Positions 25,044 to 33,414 of a stretch of 41,296 nt of DNA are shown in pieces. A program made the translations under genes and the position numbers. A model generated the notes under the pieces. That model saw only the letters and a list, made by a program, of their open reading frames with translations. It searched no databases and was not told where the DNA came from. Source of the stretch: Kiritimatiellia bacterium (GTDB lineage Bacteria > Verrucomicrobiota > Kiritimatiellia > CAIKKV01); NCBI GenBank assembly GCA_964201555.1, contig CAXNFL010000002.1:1-41296 (forward strand), in the 5' to 3' direction. Every line of letters starts with the position of its first letter. The first letter of the stretch is position 1.

Positions 25044-27314
25044 ATGAGAGGCAAATGGGTTTTGTTTTGCACGGTCGTGGTGGCGCTGTGCGGGCTTGCT
25101 CCGCAAACGCTCAGGGCGGCGATGCCGTCAACCGGCTTGCGGGTCTGGCTCAAGGCGGATGCCATTACCAATCTGGCCGACGGCGGTTCGGTCAGCAACT
25201 GGCCCGACAGCAGCGGGCTGGGCTATGATGCCACGAATAAAGTGGGCACCAATCAGCCGATCTTTATCCTGAACGGGTTGAACGGGAAGCCGGTGGTGTC
25301 GTTTGACGGCACGAACGATTATTTGGCCCGCGATAACTATTCCCATGGCGGATCTGACAATGGCGTGATGTATATCGTGACCAAGCGAACGGGGACTCCG
25401 ACCGGGTATCACAATATCCTGATTCAGGGGCCGTCCTCCTTTATCAGCGGCGGCGCGCAGTTCTGGCAAATTTACGCAGATTCGAATCATAGGTTTATCG
25501 GTAATTTTGCTTCCGATGGACTCGACTGTACCACAACGGTGTATTATGCAACCGCGGGCTACCAGATTCTGGAATTGCGCAAGGATAACGTCGCGGGAAC
25601 CAGCGCCTTCTATGTTAACGGCTCGAATTGTGTCTCGCGAACCGGGACGACTCAATCGATCGGCACCCGGTATTACCTGGGGGGGTGGGCGGCGGGAAAT
25701 CGAACCAGCGGATCTATCGCCGAGGTTCTTATTTATAATGTTGCCCAATCCGACTCCGATAGGCAATTGGTTGAGGGCCTTCTGGCATGGAAGTATGCTT
25801 TGACCACCAGTTTGCCCGCCGATCATCCCTGGAAGTCCCGCAACCCCGAAGCGATCAGCGTTCCCTCTATCGATAATCGGCCGCCAGACACCATCACGGC
25901 TGCTTCCGCTACTTTGAACTCGTATCTCGTCTCCACGGGCGACTCGCCTTGCACGGTTTCGGTCGTGTGGGGGGAGACGAATGGCGGCTCGGCTTTTTCC
26001 GGGCAATGGGCCTTTACGAACACCTTCGCCACAGGCCTGTGGGCGGCGGGCTCTTATCCAGCGACGAATGTCACCTTTCCCGTCACCAACCGCTTTTATT
26101 CCTATCGGTACCGGGCGGTCAACGTCACCGATTCGAACGCGGCCGGGGCCTCCCTTTCATTCCTTGCAGGCGACGTATGGGTGACGACAACCACGCCGTC
26201 GATCACGGAAGGCGGCGCCACAAACCTCTTCACGATTCATCGTCCGGCCGGCGCCACGAATCTGGACAGCACGATTAACCTCGTCATCGGCGGCACGGCC
26301 AACTACGGGCAGGATTATCTGCTCAGCCCCGCCGTCACGACCAACATTAGCTTGCCGGCCGGGGCGGACTCCACCAACATCGTCATCCAGGCGACAAGCG
26401 ACCGGATCGTCGAGTCGGCGGAAACCATCACACTCACGTTGCTGCCCGGCCTCTATAGCCTGGGAAGCGCCTCGAACAGCACGGTCACCATCCAGGCGTC
26501 GACCAACATTCCTGGAACCGCGGCCTACTGGCGTTTTGAGGGGGCGTTCAGCGCGGTCAACAACACCACCGGCTTCCTGAGCGATTCGAGCGGCAATCAG
26601 CATCACATGCGAATCAACAGCGGCAGTTACAATTCCGGCAGTCAGGTATCCATCCCCTATGTGGATGGGACAACCAATCGCGGTGCCTCTTTCCCGAATC
26701 CTATTCCGCAAAACGGACTGGCTAATGGCAAAGGCTTCTGGGTGACCTACGGCGGGTGGCTGGATGCGGGCGACGCGGAGGATTGGAACGCGGAGGCCTT
26801 CACGGTGGAATTGTTCATGTATCCCACGTATGTGGACACCAAGGCGGCGGCCATCGTCAGCCAATGGAGCAGCCCCAACCAGCGCAGTTGGTTCCTTGGC
26901 CGGCCGACCACCAGTAGCCGGCTGGGCATCATCCTCAGCGCTAACGGGAGCTCTTCCGCCACTTTCTCGGGTCCCACCTTGGACTGGGACCTGAAGCTGT
27001 CCAACGACTATTACACGGCGTTTTCCTTCGATCGGAGCCGGACCAACGGCGGCGTGATTCTGTATTTTAAAAACCTGACCACGAATGGCCCCCTGATGAA
27101 GGCGGTTTTCGATCACAACCTGCCCTCCGGCTTGTTCAATTCCTCGGCCGGACTGATTGTGGACGGCATGAATGGCGGAGGAGGGGCCGACACCGGGTCG
27201 GAAGGCGTCCGCGGGCTGTTCGACGAACTGAGAGTGTCAATTGGAGCGCTTTCCGAGCGGCAGTTGCTGATCAATAGGGCCTCCAGCGGGGGCTCGTTGA
27301 TTCTAATACGATAA
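25044..27314 (+). CDS. secreted LamG / Calx-beta / LamG multidomain protein, paralog of 22786..25008
   Basis: Same architecture as its neighbour, with clear collinear similarity (VWLKADAI.N..DGG.VSNWPDSSGLG..ATN; GYHNILIQG; YQILELRKDN; IAEVLIYN; LLAWKY; DELR.S.G.LS..QL). Confidence 0.7.
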   Translation: MRGKWVLFCTVVVALCGLAPQTLRAAMPSTGLRVWLKADAITNLADGGSVSNWPDSSGLGYDATNKVGTNQPIFILNGLNGKPVVSFDGTNDYLARDNYSHGGSDNGVMYIVTKRTGTPTGYHNILIQGPSSFISGGAQFWQIYADSNHRFIGNFASDGLDCTTTVYYATAGYQILELRKDNVAGTSAFYVNGSNCVSRTGTTQSIGTRYYLGGWAAGNRTSGSIAEVLIYNVAQSDSDRQLVEGLLAWKYALTTSLPADHPWKSRNPEAISVPSIDNRPPDTITAASATLNSYLVSTGDSPCTVSVVWGETNGGSAFSGQWAFTNTFATGLWAAGSYPATNVTFPVTNRFYSYRYRAVNVTDSNAAGASLSFLAGDVWVTTTTPSITEGGATNLFTIHRPAGATNLDSTINLVIGGTANYGQDYLLSPAVTTNISLPAGADSTNIVIQATSDRIVESAETITLTLLPGLYSLGSASNSTVTIQASTNIPGTAAYWRFEGAFSAVNNTTGFLSDSSGNQHHMRINSGSYNSGSQVSIPYVDGTTNRGASFPNPIPQNGLANGKGFWVTYGGWLDAGDAEDWNAEAFTVELFMYPTYVDTKAAAIVSQWSSPNQRSWFLGRPTTSSRLGIILSANGSSSATFSGPTLDWDLKLSNDYYTAFSFDRSRTNGGVILYFKNLTTNGPLMKAVFDHNLPSGLFNSSAGLIVDGMNGGGGADTGSEGVRGLFDELRVSIGALSERQLLINRASSGGSLILIR

Positions 27315-27328
27315 AAAGGGACAGAGAC

Positions 27329-28585
27329 ATGGCCAAGGGAAAAGGGAAGAAGATTCGGGTGGGCGTGATCGGGCTGGGGCGCGGGCAGGCCTACGCTCGC
27401 GGGGCGGGTGACGTGTGCGGCATGGAGCTGGTGGCCCTGTGCGACCATTGGGCCGACAAGCTGAAGAAGAGCAAGGCCGCCTATCCGGGCGTGACGCTTT
27501 ACACGGATTACGACAAGTTCCTCGAGCACGACATGGATGCCGTGGTCCTGGCCAATTACTTCCACGAGCATGCGCCTTTCGCGGTGAAGGCCCTGGAAGC
27601 CGGGCTCCACGTGATGAGCGAGACGAGCGCCTGCAGCACGCTGGCGCAGGGCGTGGCGCTGGCCGAGGCGGTGGAGAAGAGCGGCAAGATCTACATGATC
27701 GCCGAGAACTACTGCTTCTTCAACACGAACCAGGAGATGCGCCGCCTGTACCAGGCGGGCGAGGTGGGCGAAATGCGGCTGGCGGAATGCGAATACATGC
27801 ATCCCGATCCCATCGCCTCGCGCCTGGCCCGCGCCTGGGGCGTCAACCACTGGCGCAACCGGTGCCCCTCGACCTATTATTGCACCCATGCCCTGGGGCC
27901 GATCCTGTACATCACGGAGGCGCGGCCCGAGTATGTGAACGCGCACAGCATTCCGTACGCCGCCGACGAAACGCAGGACAATCCCGTCCGGCAGGGCGAT
28001 CCGGGCTTCTCGATGCTCTGCCACATGAGCAACGGCGGAACGACGATCGTGAACGGCCTGACTTTGCGCGGGCACGGCAATTGGTATCGGATTCACGGAA
28101 GCCGCGGGCTGATGGAGAACACGCGCTCCATGGATCGCGGGCTGCTTCGTCTGGTGCATGACCGCTTTGAGCTGAAGGCCGGCGAGGTGAGCGAGAAGCT
28201 GTATCGGCCGGAGTTTCCGGAGCATGCCGAGCTGGCCAGCAAGGCCGGCCATGGCGGCGGCGATTTCTTCACGAACTACATGTTCGCCCAGGCCATCCGC
28301 TCGGGCAAGCAGCCGCTTCTGGATGTCTATCGGGCGCTGGACATGTCGATGGCCGGCATCCAGGGCTGGCGCAGCGCGCTGGACCGGGGGAATGCCAAGG
28401 AGATTCCGGACTTCCGCAAAAAGCGCGTCCGCGACGCCTATCGCAACGACACCTGGTCTCCTTTCTCCACGGAGAAGGGGCCGGGCGAGGCGCCGCCCAG
28501 CGTGCAAGGCGTGCGCAAGGTCTCGGCCAGGGATCTCGCCGTCGCCAAGGCCATCTGGCGCAAGCAGGGGTACACAGGGGCGTAG
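27329..28585 (+). CDS. Gfo/Idh/MocA-family oxidoreductase
   Basis: N-terminal Rossmann motif KIRVGVIGLGRGQAYA...ELVALCD, plus MIAENYCF in the central region. It begins 14 nt after the second LamG gene. Confidence 0.8.
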   Translation: MAKGKGKKIRVGVIGLGRGQAYARGAGDVCGMELVALCDHWADKLKKSKAAYPGVTLYTDYDKFLEHDMDAVVLANYFHEHAPFAVKALEAGLHVMSETSACSTLAQGVALAEAVEKSGKIYMIAENYCFFNTNQEMRRLYQAGEVGEMRLAECEYMHPDPIASRLARAWGVNHWRNRCPSTYYCTHALGPILYITEARPEYVNAHSIPYAADETQDNPVRQGDPGFSMLCHMSNGGTTIVNGLTLRGHGNWYRIHGSRGLMENTRSMDRGLLRLVHDRFELKAGEVSEKLYRPEFPEHAELASKAGHGGGDFFTNYMFAQAIRSGKQPLLDVYRALDMSMAGIQGWRSALDRGNAKEIPDFRKKRVRDAYRNDTWSPFSTEKGPGEAPPSVQGVRKVSARDLAVAKAIWRKQGYTGA

Positions 28586-28596
28586 TCGGATGCCTT

Positions 28597-28758
28597 GTAG
28601 CCGCCGCTGGTAAGCGGTGGATATGCGCAGGCCACGCCTTATCAGGCGCGGCTACGAAGAGCGGTTCGGTTACAGAAAGGTGACCCGGTGCCGGAACGTG
28701 TAGCCGCCGCTGGTAAGCGGTGGACATGCGCAGGCCACGCCTTATCAGGCGCGGCTAC
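28597..28758 (+). repeat. REP doublet: two 59-nt palindromic REP units in direct orientation plus a 44-nt spacer
   Basis: The unit GTAGCCGCCGCTGGTAAGCGGTGGAxATGCGCAGGCCACGCCTTATCAGGCGCGGCTAC occurs at 28597-28655 and 28700-28758. Its ends, GTAGCCGC and GCGGCTAC, are inverted. The whole 162 nt is repeated at 29365-29527. Confidence 0.85.
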
Positions 28759-28795
28759 GAATGTGCGGCGTGATGATGAAAAGCATAGAGGCGAC

Positions 28796-29368
28796 GTGGA
28801 GTGGAATAGCGAAGACGATCACGGACATTTGTTGCGATTAAGGCCTGAAATGTATGTCGACTCGGCCATGGTTCATTGGACTATGGCCATGAATGACCGC
28901 GCCACAGGCTGGTTGGATGATTCTTCACATGCTCGTGTCCGGGAATTGTTGTTGCACATGGCCTGCGTCTATAAGCTGCTTATCCCTGTTTATTGCCTGA
29001 TGCCGGATCATTTGCATGTATTTATGGTTGGGACAGCTTTCGAGTCGGATCAGCGAAAGGCTGTGGCTTTCTTCCGAAGACATCTTAATGAAATGTTGCT
29101 TGCGCGCCAATCGGCTGCACTTCAGAAACAAGCCTATGACCATGTCCTGAAAGAGGCCGAGCGGCAGAGGGGCGCTTTTGAGGCGATAGCTTATTACATT
29201 CTTGAAAATCCAGTTCGCAAAGGATTGGTTGAAACAGCTGAGAAGTGGGCTTACTCCGGGTGTGTGGTGGCAGGACACCCTGGGTGGAATGTTTTTCATC
29301 AGGATTATTGGGATAGTTTTTGGAGGGCGTTTGCGCAGCATTCAGGGGACGACAAGTCACATGTGTAG
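28796..29368 (+). CDS. REP-associated tyrosine transposase (RAYT; IS200/IS605 Y1 HUH family)
   Basis: HUH motif CLMPDHLHVFMVG. Catalytic-Tyr block AIAYYILENPVRKGLVETAEKWAYSG. The start is uncertain: candidates are GTG 28763, GTG 28796 and ATG 28850, and the track start 28688 lies inside a REP. The stop codon TAG (29366-29368) lies inside the downstream REP. Confidence 0.75.
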   Translation: MEWNSEDDHGHLLRLRPEMYVDSAMVHWTMAMNDRATGWLDDSSHARVRELLLHMACVYKLLIPVYCLMPDHLHVFMVGTAFESDQRKAVAFFRRHLNEMLLARQSAALQKQAYDHVLKEAERQRGAFEAIAYYILENPVRKGLVETAEKWAYSGCVVAGHPGWNVFHQDYWDSFWRAFAQHSGDDKSHV

Positions 29369-29527
29369 CCGCCGCTGGTAAGCGGTGGATATGCGAAAGA
29401 CCACGCCTTATCAGGCGCGGCTACGAAGAGCGGTTCGGTTACAGAAAGGTGACCCGGTGCCGGAACGTGTAGCCGCCGCTGGTAAGCGGTGGACATGCGC
29501 AGGCCACGCCTTATCAGGCGCGGCTAC
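29365..29527 (+). repeat. REP doublet, direct copy of 28597-28758
   Basis: Identical to the upstream doublet except for the loop of the first unit (GCGAAAGACC versus GCGCAGGCC). It is followed by extra GCGCGGCTACGAAGA tails at about 29519 and 29536. Confidence 0.85.
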
Positions 29528-29580
29528 GAAGATGCGGCGCGGCTACGAAGAGGCGGCTTGGTTTCGAAAAGACAGCGCGG

Positions 29581-32151
29581 CTAGGGCTCAATCAGAAGGA
29601 TGTCGTTCAAATCCAGATTGACCGTAAACGCGCAGCGCCAGCTGTCCCCTTTTTCGACAGTTTCGCCGGTGAACGGGCGGGCTCCCGTTTCCGCGGAGGT
29701 CACCTTGCCCGGCTTGAAGGGCAGGCGAAGGGTCACCGCCAGGTTCGTCACCGGCTTGTACGTGAAGTTCGCCAGGACCAACGCGGAGCCGTTCGGCGCA
29801 TCGTAAACGCCAGCTTCGACGACCGGCTCGGAGAGCTCCACCCGGGGCTGGACGCCCCGGGCCCGCGCGGGCCCGGTCAGGAAAGCGCGGATGTCAGCCG
29901 GCCATTTTTCCTTCAGCTCGCGGGCGACAAACCCGGCGGCTTTCCCGTAGGCCAGGCCCGGGCAGGAGGCGATGTAAAGCGTGCCCCCGCGCCAGTAGTC
30001 CCGCGCCACCACGGCCGGGTCGCCATTCGTGAAGGTGGCGAGAATCCGCGCGCGAGGCTCGGCAACCACGGGCACGCGGATGCCGATGGCCCCGATGACG
30101 GAGCCGGTTGAAGCCGGAGGCGGCAGGGGGTAACGGTCCAGGTCGGGAATCCGGTTGAGCGCGGCGCGGAGATGGAAGGGCCCGGTTTGAACTTCCGGCG
30201 AACGCACGGTTGAAAGGCCGAACAGCGGCCCGAGCCCCGGCACCTCTTCGTTGAACTCGTTGCGCGAGCCGGCCGCGCCGGTGCCGACCAGGAAGCCGCC
30301 GCCCCGCACCCAGCCGCGGATCTTATCCATCGCATCCTGCCGCAAGCAGGGGTCGGCGGTGTAGACCACGGCGTAATCGCGCAGCCGTCCCGCGAGCACG
30401 TCCTCTTCGGTCAGCAGGTCCACGCCGTATTGCTCGTGGACGAGGGCCAGGTAAAGCAGGCGCCGCTCGAGCATGGAGATGTAGCCGAAGGGCTGCCACA
30501 GGTCGGAGGAGACGCTGTAGAGCAGGGCCACGCGGGTGTCGCGGAGCCGGCCGGGAAGCAGGACCGGCTCGGCGAAGGCGCGCTGGCGGGAGAGGCGGAC
30601 CATGCCGTCGTAGGCGCTGCGCAGGTCGGACCAGTAGTTTTCCGTGCCGAAGGCCGTCGGGCCGTAGGTCCAGAAGAAGAGATGCTTCGCGCCCTCGCAG
30701 AGCGCGGAGGCGGCCTTGAGCGTGAGGTTGGTGGAATCGCTGGGCGTGACCCAGGCGATGATAGGCATCTCGCCCCGGCTTGCGCTCCTGAATATCGAGG
30801 CCTGGAAGCCCATCAGCTGGAAGCCTTCCCACGTGAAGCCGGGCCCGTACATGTACTGAAGGCCCATCCAGTCCTCGATGCCCATCAGGTCCACCGAGCG
30901 CCGGCGGCCGAGATCGAACCAGTCGAGCGCGAGGGGCGTGGAGCCCCAGGCCGGGTTGGGGCCCATGCCCATGCCGAGGCCGGTTCCCGAGAAATACGGG
31001 TGATCGGCGGGCAGGGTGGAGGTGAGCGCGGTGGCGCTCACGTGCCGGTGGAAGGCCTCGCTCAGCCAGCGGATCCGCTCGGAGGCGGCCTCCTGGCGGA
31101 AGCGGGACGAATAGTAAAAGACCCGGTTAGCAGCCGCGCGATTGGCCTGCTGTCTTTCATGGAGGTCCGCGGGGGTTTCAATGGGGACGACCTGCTCGAG
31201 CGACGCCACGCCCAGATCGCGGGGCTTGATTCCGCGCGCCTTGAGCCAGGCGTGGAACGGGGCCAGGGAGGCGGCGTTGGTGCCGATGAGGGGGGCGGTG
31301 ACTTCATCGGAGAAGTTGAAGGGCGAGCCGGGCTCTTCGCCTGTTTTGCTCTTCTTGAAGCGTTCGCCCAGCCGCTTCATCTGGTCGTCGGCGCCGGACA
31401 GGGTCAGGTCGGGACTGTAGTAGAGCGAGCTGTTGCCGGGTTCGGTGAAAAGGTGCCGGGCTATAATCTCGGGAGTCTGGCCGCCCACCACGTTGAAGCC
31501 GAGCAGGTGGAGCACCTCGGCCTCCTGGAGATTGAGCTCGGGCCGCTGGGCGTACCAGAGGCCGGTCTGGACAATCAGGTTGGAGGGGGAGTGGCGAACG
31601 CCGCCGGAGGCTTCCCGCGCCCAGCCGAGGCGGCGGGCCGACATCTGGGCCCCCGTTTCGAGCGACTCGGCGTCGGCCTTCAGCGTGGGCGAGATCAGGA
31701 TGCTGGTCAGGTTGCCGTCGTAGGATTCGGTGACACGTTTGATTACGGCGGCGGGATCCGGGGCGGTGGCGAGTTCGAGGCAGACCGTCTGGCGGTGGGT
31801 GGCCGGCGTGATGAACTGGAGCACCAGATTGGGAAACTCGGCTATGCCGCCGGCGCGGTCGTGGCGGCCATGCAAGCGGTGGCCGCCGTAGGCCTTGAGG
31901 TCGAACCAGGGACTGAAGGCGCCGGGGGCGAGCCGGTTGGAGACGGCGCTCGCCGCGTTCGAGGGCCAGGTGACGTTGGGGAGGGACCAGGGATCGACGT
32001 GGATATAGGCGCTGATCCGGGCATACCAGGCTGCATTCGTCGGTGCATCCAGCCGAAAGCGGATATAGGCGCCGTCCTCGGCCCAGCCAGACGGAATGAG
32101 GCTGGCAATCAGCGAAAGCGCGAGCAGGCTTGAGCGGGTGATTGATGTCAT
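29581..32151 (-). CDS. secreted hypothetical protein, glycoside-hydrolase-like (GH42-type middle-domain resemblance)
   Basis: Signal peptide MTSITRSSLLALSLIASLIPSGWAED. The segment RDYAVVYTADPCLRQDAMDKIRGWVRGGGFLVGTG resembles a beta-galactosidase trimerisation (GATase-like) domain. The functional call is weak. Confidence 0.35.
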   Translation of the reverse strand: MTSITRSSLLALSLIASLIPSGWAEDGAYIRFRLDAPTNAAWYARISAYIHVDPWSLPNVTWPSNAASAVSNRLAPGAFSPWFDLKAYGGHRLHGRHDRAGGIAEFPNLVLQFITPATHRQTVCLELATAPDPAAVIKRVTESYDGNLTSILISPTLKADAESLETGAQMSARRLGWAREASGGVRHSPSNLIVQTGLWYAQRPELNLQEAEVLHLLGFNVVGGQTPEIIARHLFTEPGNSSLYYSPDLTLSGADDQMKRLGERFKKSKTGEEPGSPFNFSDEVTAPLIGTNAASLAPFHAWLKARGIKPRDLGVASLEQVVPIETPADLHERQQANRAAANRVFYYSSRFRQEAASERIRWLSEAFHRHVSATALTSTLPADHPYFSGTGLGMGMGPNPAWGSTPLALDWFDLGRRRSVDLMGIEDWMGLQYMYGPGFTWEGFQLMGFQASIFRSASRGEMPIIAWVTPSDSTNLTLKAASALCEGAKHLFFWTYGPTAFGTENYWSDLRSAYDGMVRLSRQRAFAEPVLLPGRLRDTRVALLYSVSSDLWQPFGYISMLERRLLYLALVHEQYGVDLLTEEDVLAGRLRDYAVVYTADPCLRQDAMDKIRGWVRGGGFLVGTGAAGSRNEFNEEVPGLGPLFGLSTVRSPEVQTGPFHLRAALNRIPDLDRYPLPPPASTGSVIGAIGIRVPVVAEPRARILATFTNGDPAVVARDYWRGGTLYIASCPGLAYGKAAGFVARELKEKWPADIRAFLTGPARARGVQPRVELSEPVVEAGVYDAPNGSALVLANFTYKPVTNLAVTLRLPFKPGKVTSAETGARPFTGETVEKGDSWRCAFTVNLDLNDILLIEP

Positions 32152-32166
32152 CGCAGTTCTCCGTTT

Positions 32167-32182
32167 TGTGAATTATGTCACG
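32167..32182 (+). promoter_or_regulatory. CRP/FNR-family-like binding site
   Basis: TGTGA-attatg-TCACG compared with the CRP consensus TGTGA-N6-TCACA. It is centred about 70 nt upstream of the predicted TSS and overlaps the 8-bp palindrome TCACGTGA. Confidence 0.35.
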
Positions 32183-32208
32183 TGATGGATGGGATTCCCA
32201 CTCTTGAT

Positions 32209-32237
32209 TTGACGATCGTAATACAAATGTTTATAAT
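32209..32237 (+). promoter_or_regulatory. sigma-70-type promoter of the adh / GRE / activase operon
   Basis: TTGACG (32209-32214), a 17-nt spacer, then TATAAT (32232-32237). This is about 50 nt upstream of the adh ATG. Confidence 0.6.
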
Positions 32238-32288
32238 GAGATCGTTTTTTAAGGGTGATAGGGTGGAAAAACAAGAAAAGGGGCATTC

Positions 32289-33401
32289 ATGAGCGAACGT
32301 ACAGGGCGCGCGGCGGTTTATCAGAGTGTGGGCAAGCCGCTGGTCATCCGCGAATTTCCCGTCTCCCAGCCGGGAAAAGGACAGGCCCTGCTTTCGCTGG
32401 AAGCCAGCGGCATCTGCGGAACCGATCTGCACATCATCAAGGGCCGGCTCGGCATTCCGGGGCCGCTGATCCTGGGCCATGAGTTCCTGGGCCGCATCGA
32501 GTCGCTCGGAACGTCCCCGGCCAAGGATGGCTTGGGCCGCCGCTTGAAGGTCGGCGATGTCGCGATTGCCTGCGTGGCCGTTCCCTGCGGCTCCTGTTTC
32601 TCCTGTAAACGCGGGGAGACCGCCAGCTGCCTGAACTTCGGCGTCACCTATCTGAAGGATCCCAACGTGAAGCCCCATTTCTTTGGCGGCTACGCGGAAT
32701 ACCTCTATATGCCGCTGGCCAACCTGATCCGGATTCCGGAGGGGGTGGCCGTGAAAGCCGCCGCCGCGTATCCCTGCGCGGGGCCCACCATCATCCGCGC
32801 CTGCGCCTATGCGGGCGGCCTCGAAAAGGGCGAGCTGGTGGTGGTGCAGGGAACGGGGCCCGTGGGCCTGTTCGCCATCGCCTGGGCGGCCAAGGCGGGC
32901 TGCACCGTGGTGGCCATCGGCTCGGGGTCGTCCCCGCACCGGTTGAAGCTGGCCAAGTCCTTCGGCGCCAAGCGCGTGCTGGATTATCGCGCCATGCCCG
33001 CCGAAGAGCGTGCCGCGACCATCAAGGCCCTGGCCCGCAAGATGGGCCGGGGCGACGGCGCCGATGTGGTGATCGAGGCCAGCGGGGCCCCCGCCGCGGT
33101 GCCCGAGGGCGTCGCCCTGCTGCGCACGCGCGGCCGGTACCTGATTCCCGGCCAGTATTCGGCCAGCGGCTCGGTGAGCATCCAGCCCGAGATGATCACG
33201 TTCCGGGCCCTCCGGCTGATCGGCAGCGGGCAGTATACGCTGGCCGACCTCTCCTCCTATCTCGATTTCCTCAAGAAGAATCCCGATCTCCAGCGCAAGT
33301 TCGCGGCCAGCATCACGCATTCCTACACGGTCGACCAGGCCGACGAGGCGATGGCGGCGGTGGATGCGGGCCAGGCCGGGAAAGCCGTTTTCGTGCGTTA
33401 A
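32289..33401 (+). CDS. zinc-dependent alcohol/polyol dehydrogenase (MDR family)
   Basis: Catalytic Zn motifs GICGTDLH and GHEFLGRIE. Structural Zn Cys cluster CGSCFSCKRGETASC. Rossmann motif VVQGTGPVGLFA. Confidence 0.85.
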   Translation: MSERTGRAAVYQSVGKPLVIREFPVSQPGKGQALLSLEASGICGTDLHIIKGRLGIPGPLILGHEFLGRIESLGTSPAKDGLGRRLKVGDVAIACVAVPCGSCFSCKRGETASCLNFGVTYLKDPNVKPHFFGGYAEYLYMPLANLIRIPEGVAVKAAAAYPCAGPTIIRACAYAGGLEKGELVVVQGTGPVGLFAIAWAAKAGCTVVAIGSGSSPHRLKLAKSFGAKRVLDYRAMPAEERAATIKALARKMGRGDGADVVIEASGAPAAVPEGVALLRTRGRYLIPGQYSASGSVSIQPEMITFRALRLIGSGQYTLADLSSYLDFLKKNPDLQRKFAASITHSYTVDQADEAMAAVDAGQAGKAVFVR

Positions 33402-33414
33402 TAAGGAGGCGATC

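Larger units (their letters stand above)
28597..29527 (+). mobile_element. REP-RAYT module: IS200/IS605-like Y1 transposase gene bracketed by REP doublets
   Basis: A RAYT-type CDS is flanked on both sides by near-identical 162-nt REP doublets. Additional REP copies and tails occur at 29536-29583 and 36844-36927. Confidence 0.75.

Noticed and set aside
28269-28727. Minus-strand ORFs 28269..28727 and 29305..29496, which share the identical N-terminus MSTAYQRRLHVPAPGHLSVTEPLFVAAPDKAW
   Set aside because: The identity simply reflects translation of the duplicated REP doublet. One of the ORFs also runs antisense into the oxidoreductase gene. They are not genes.
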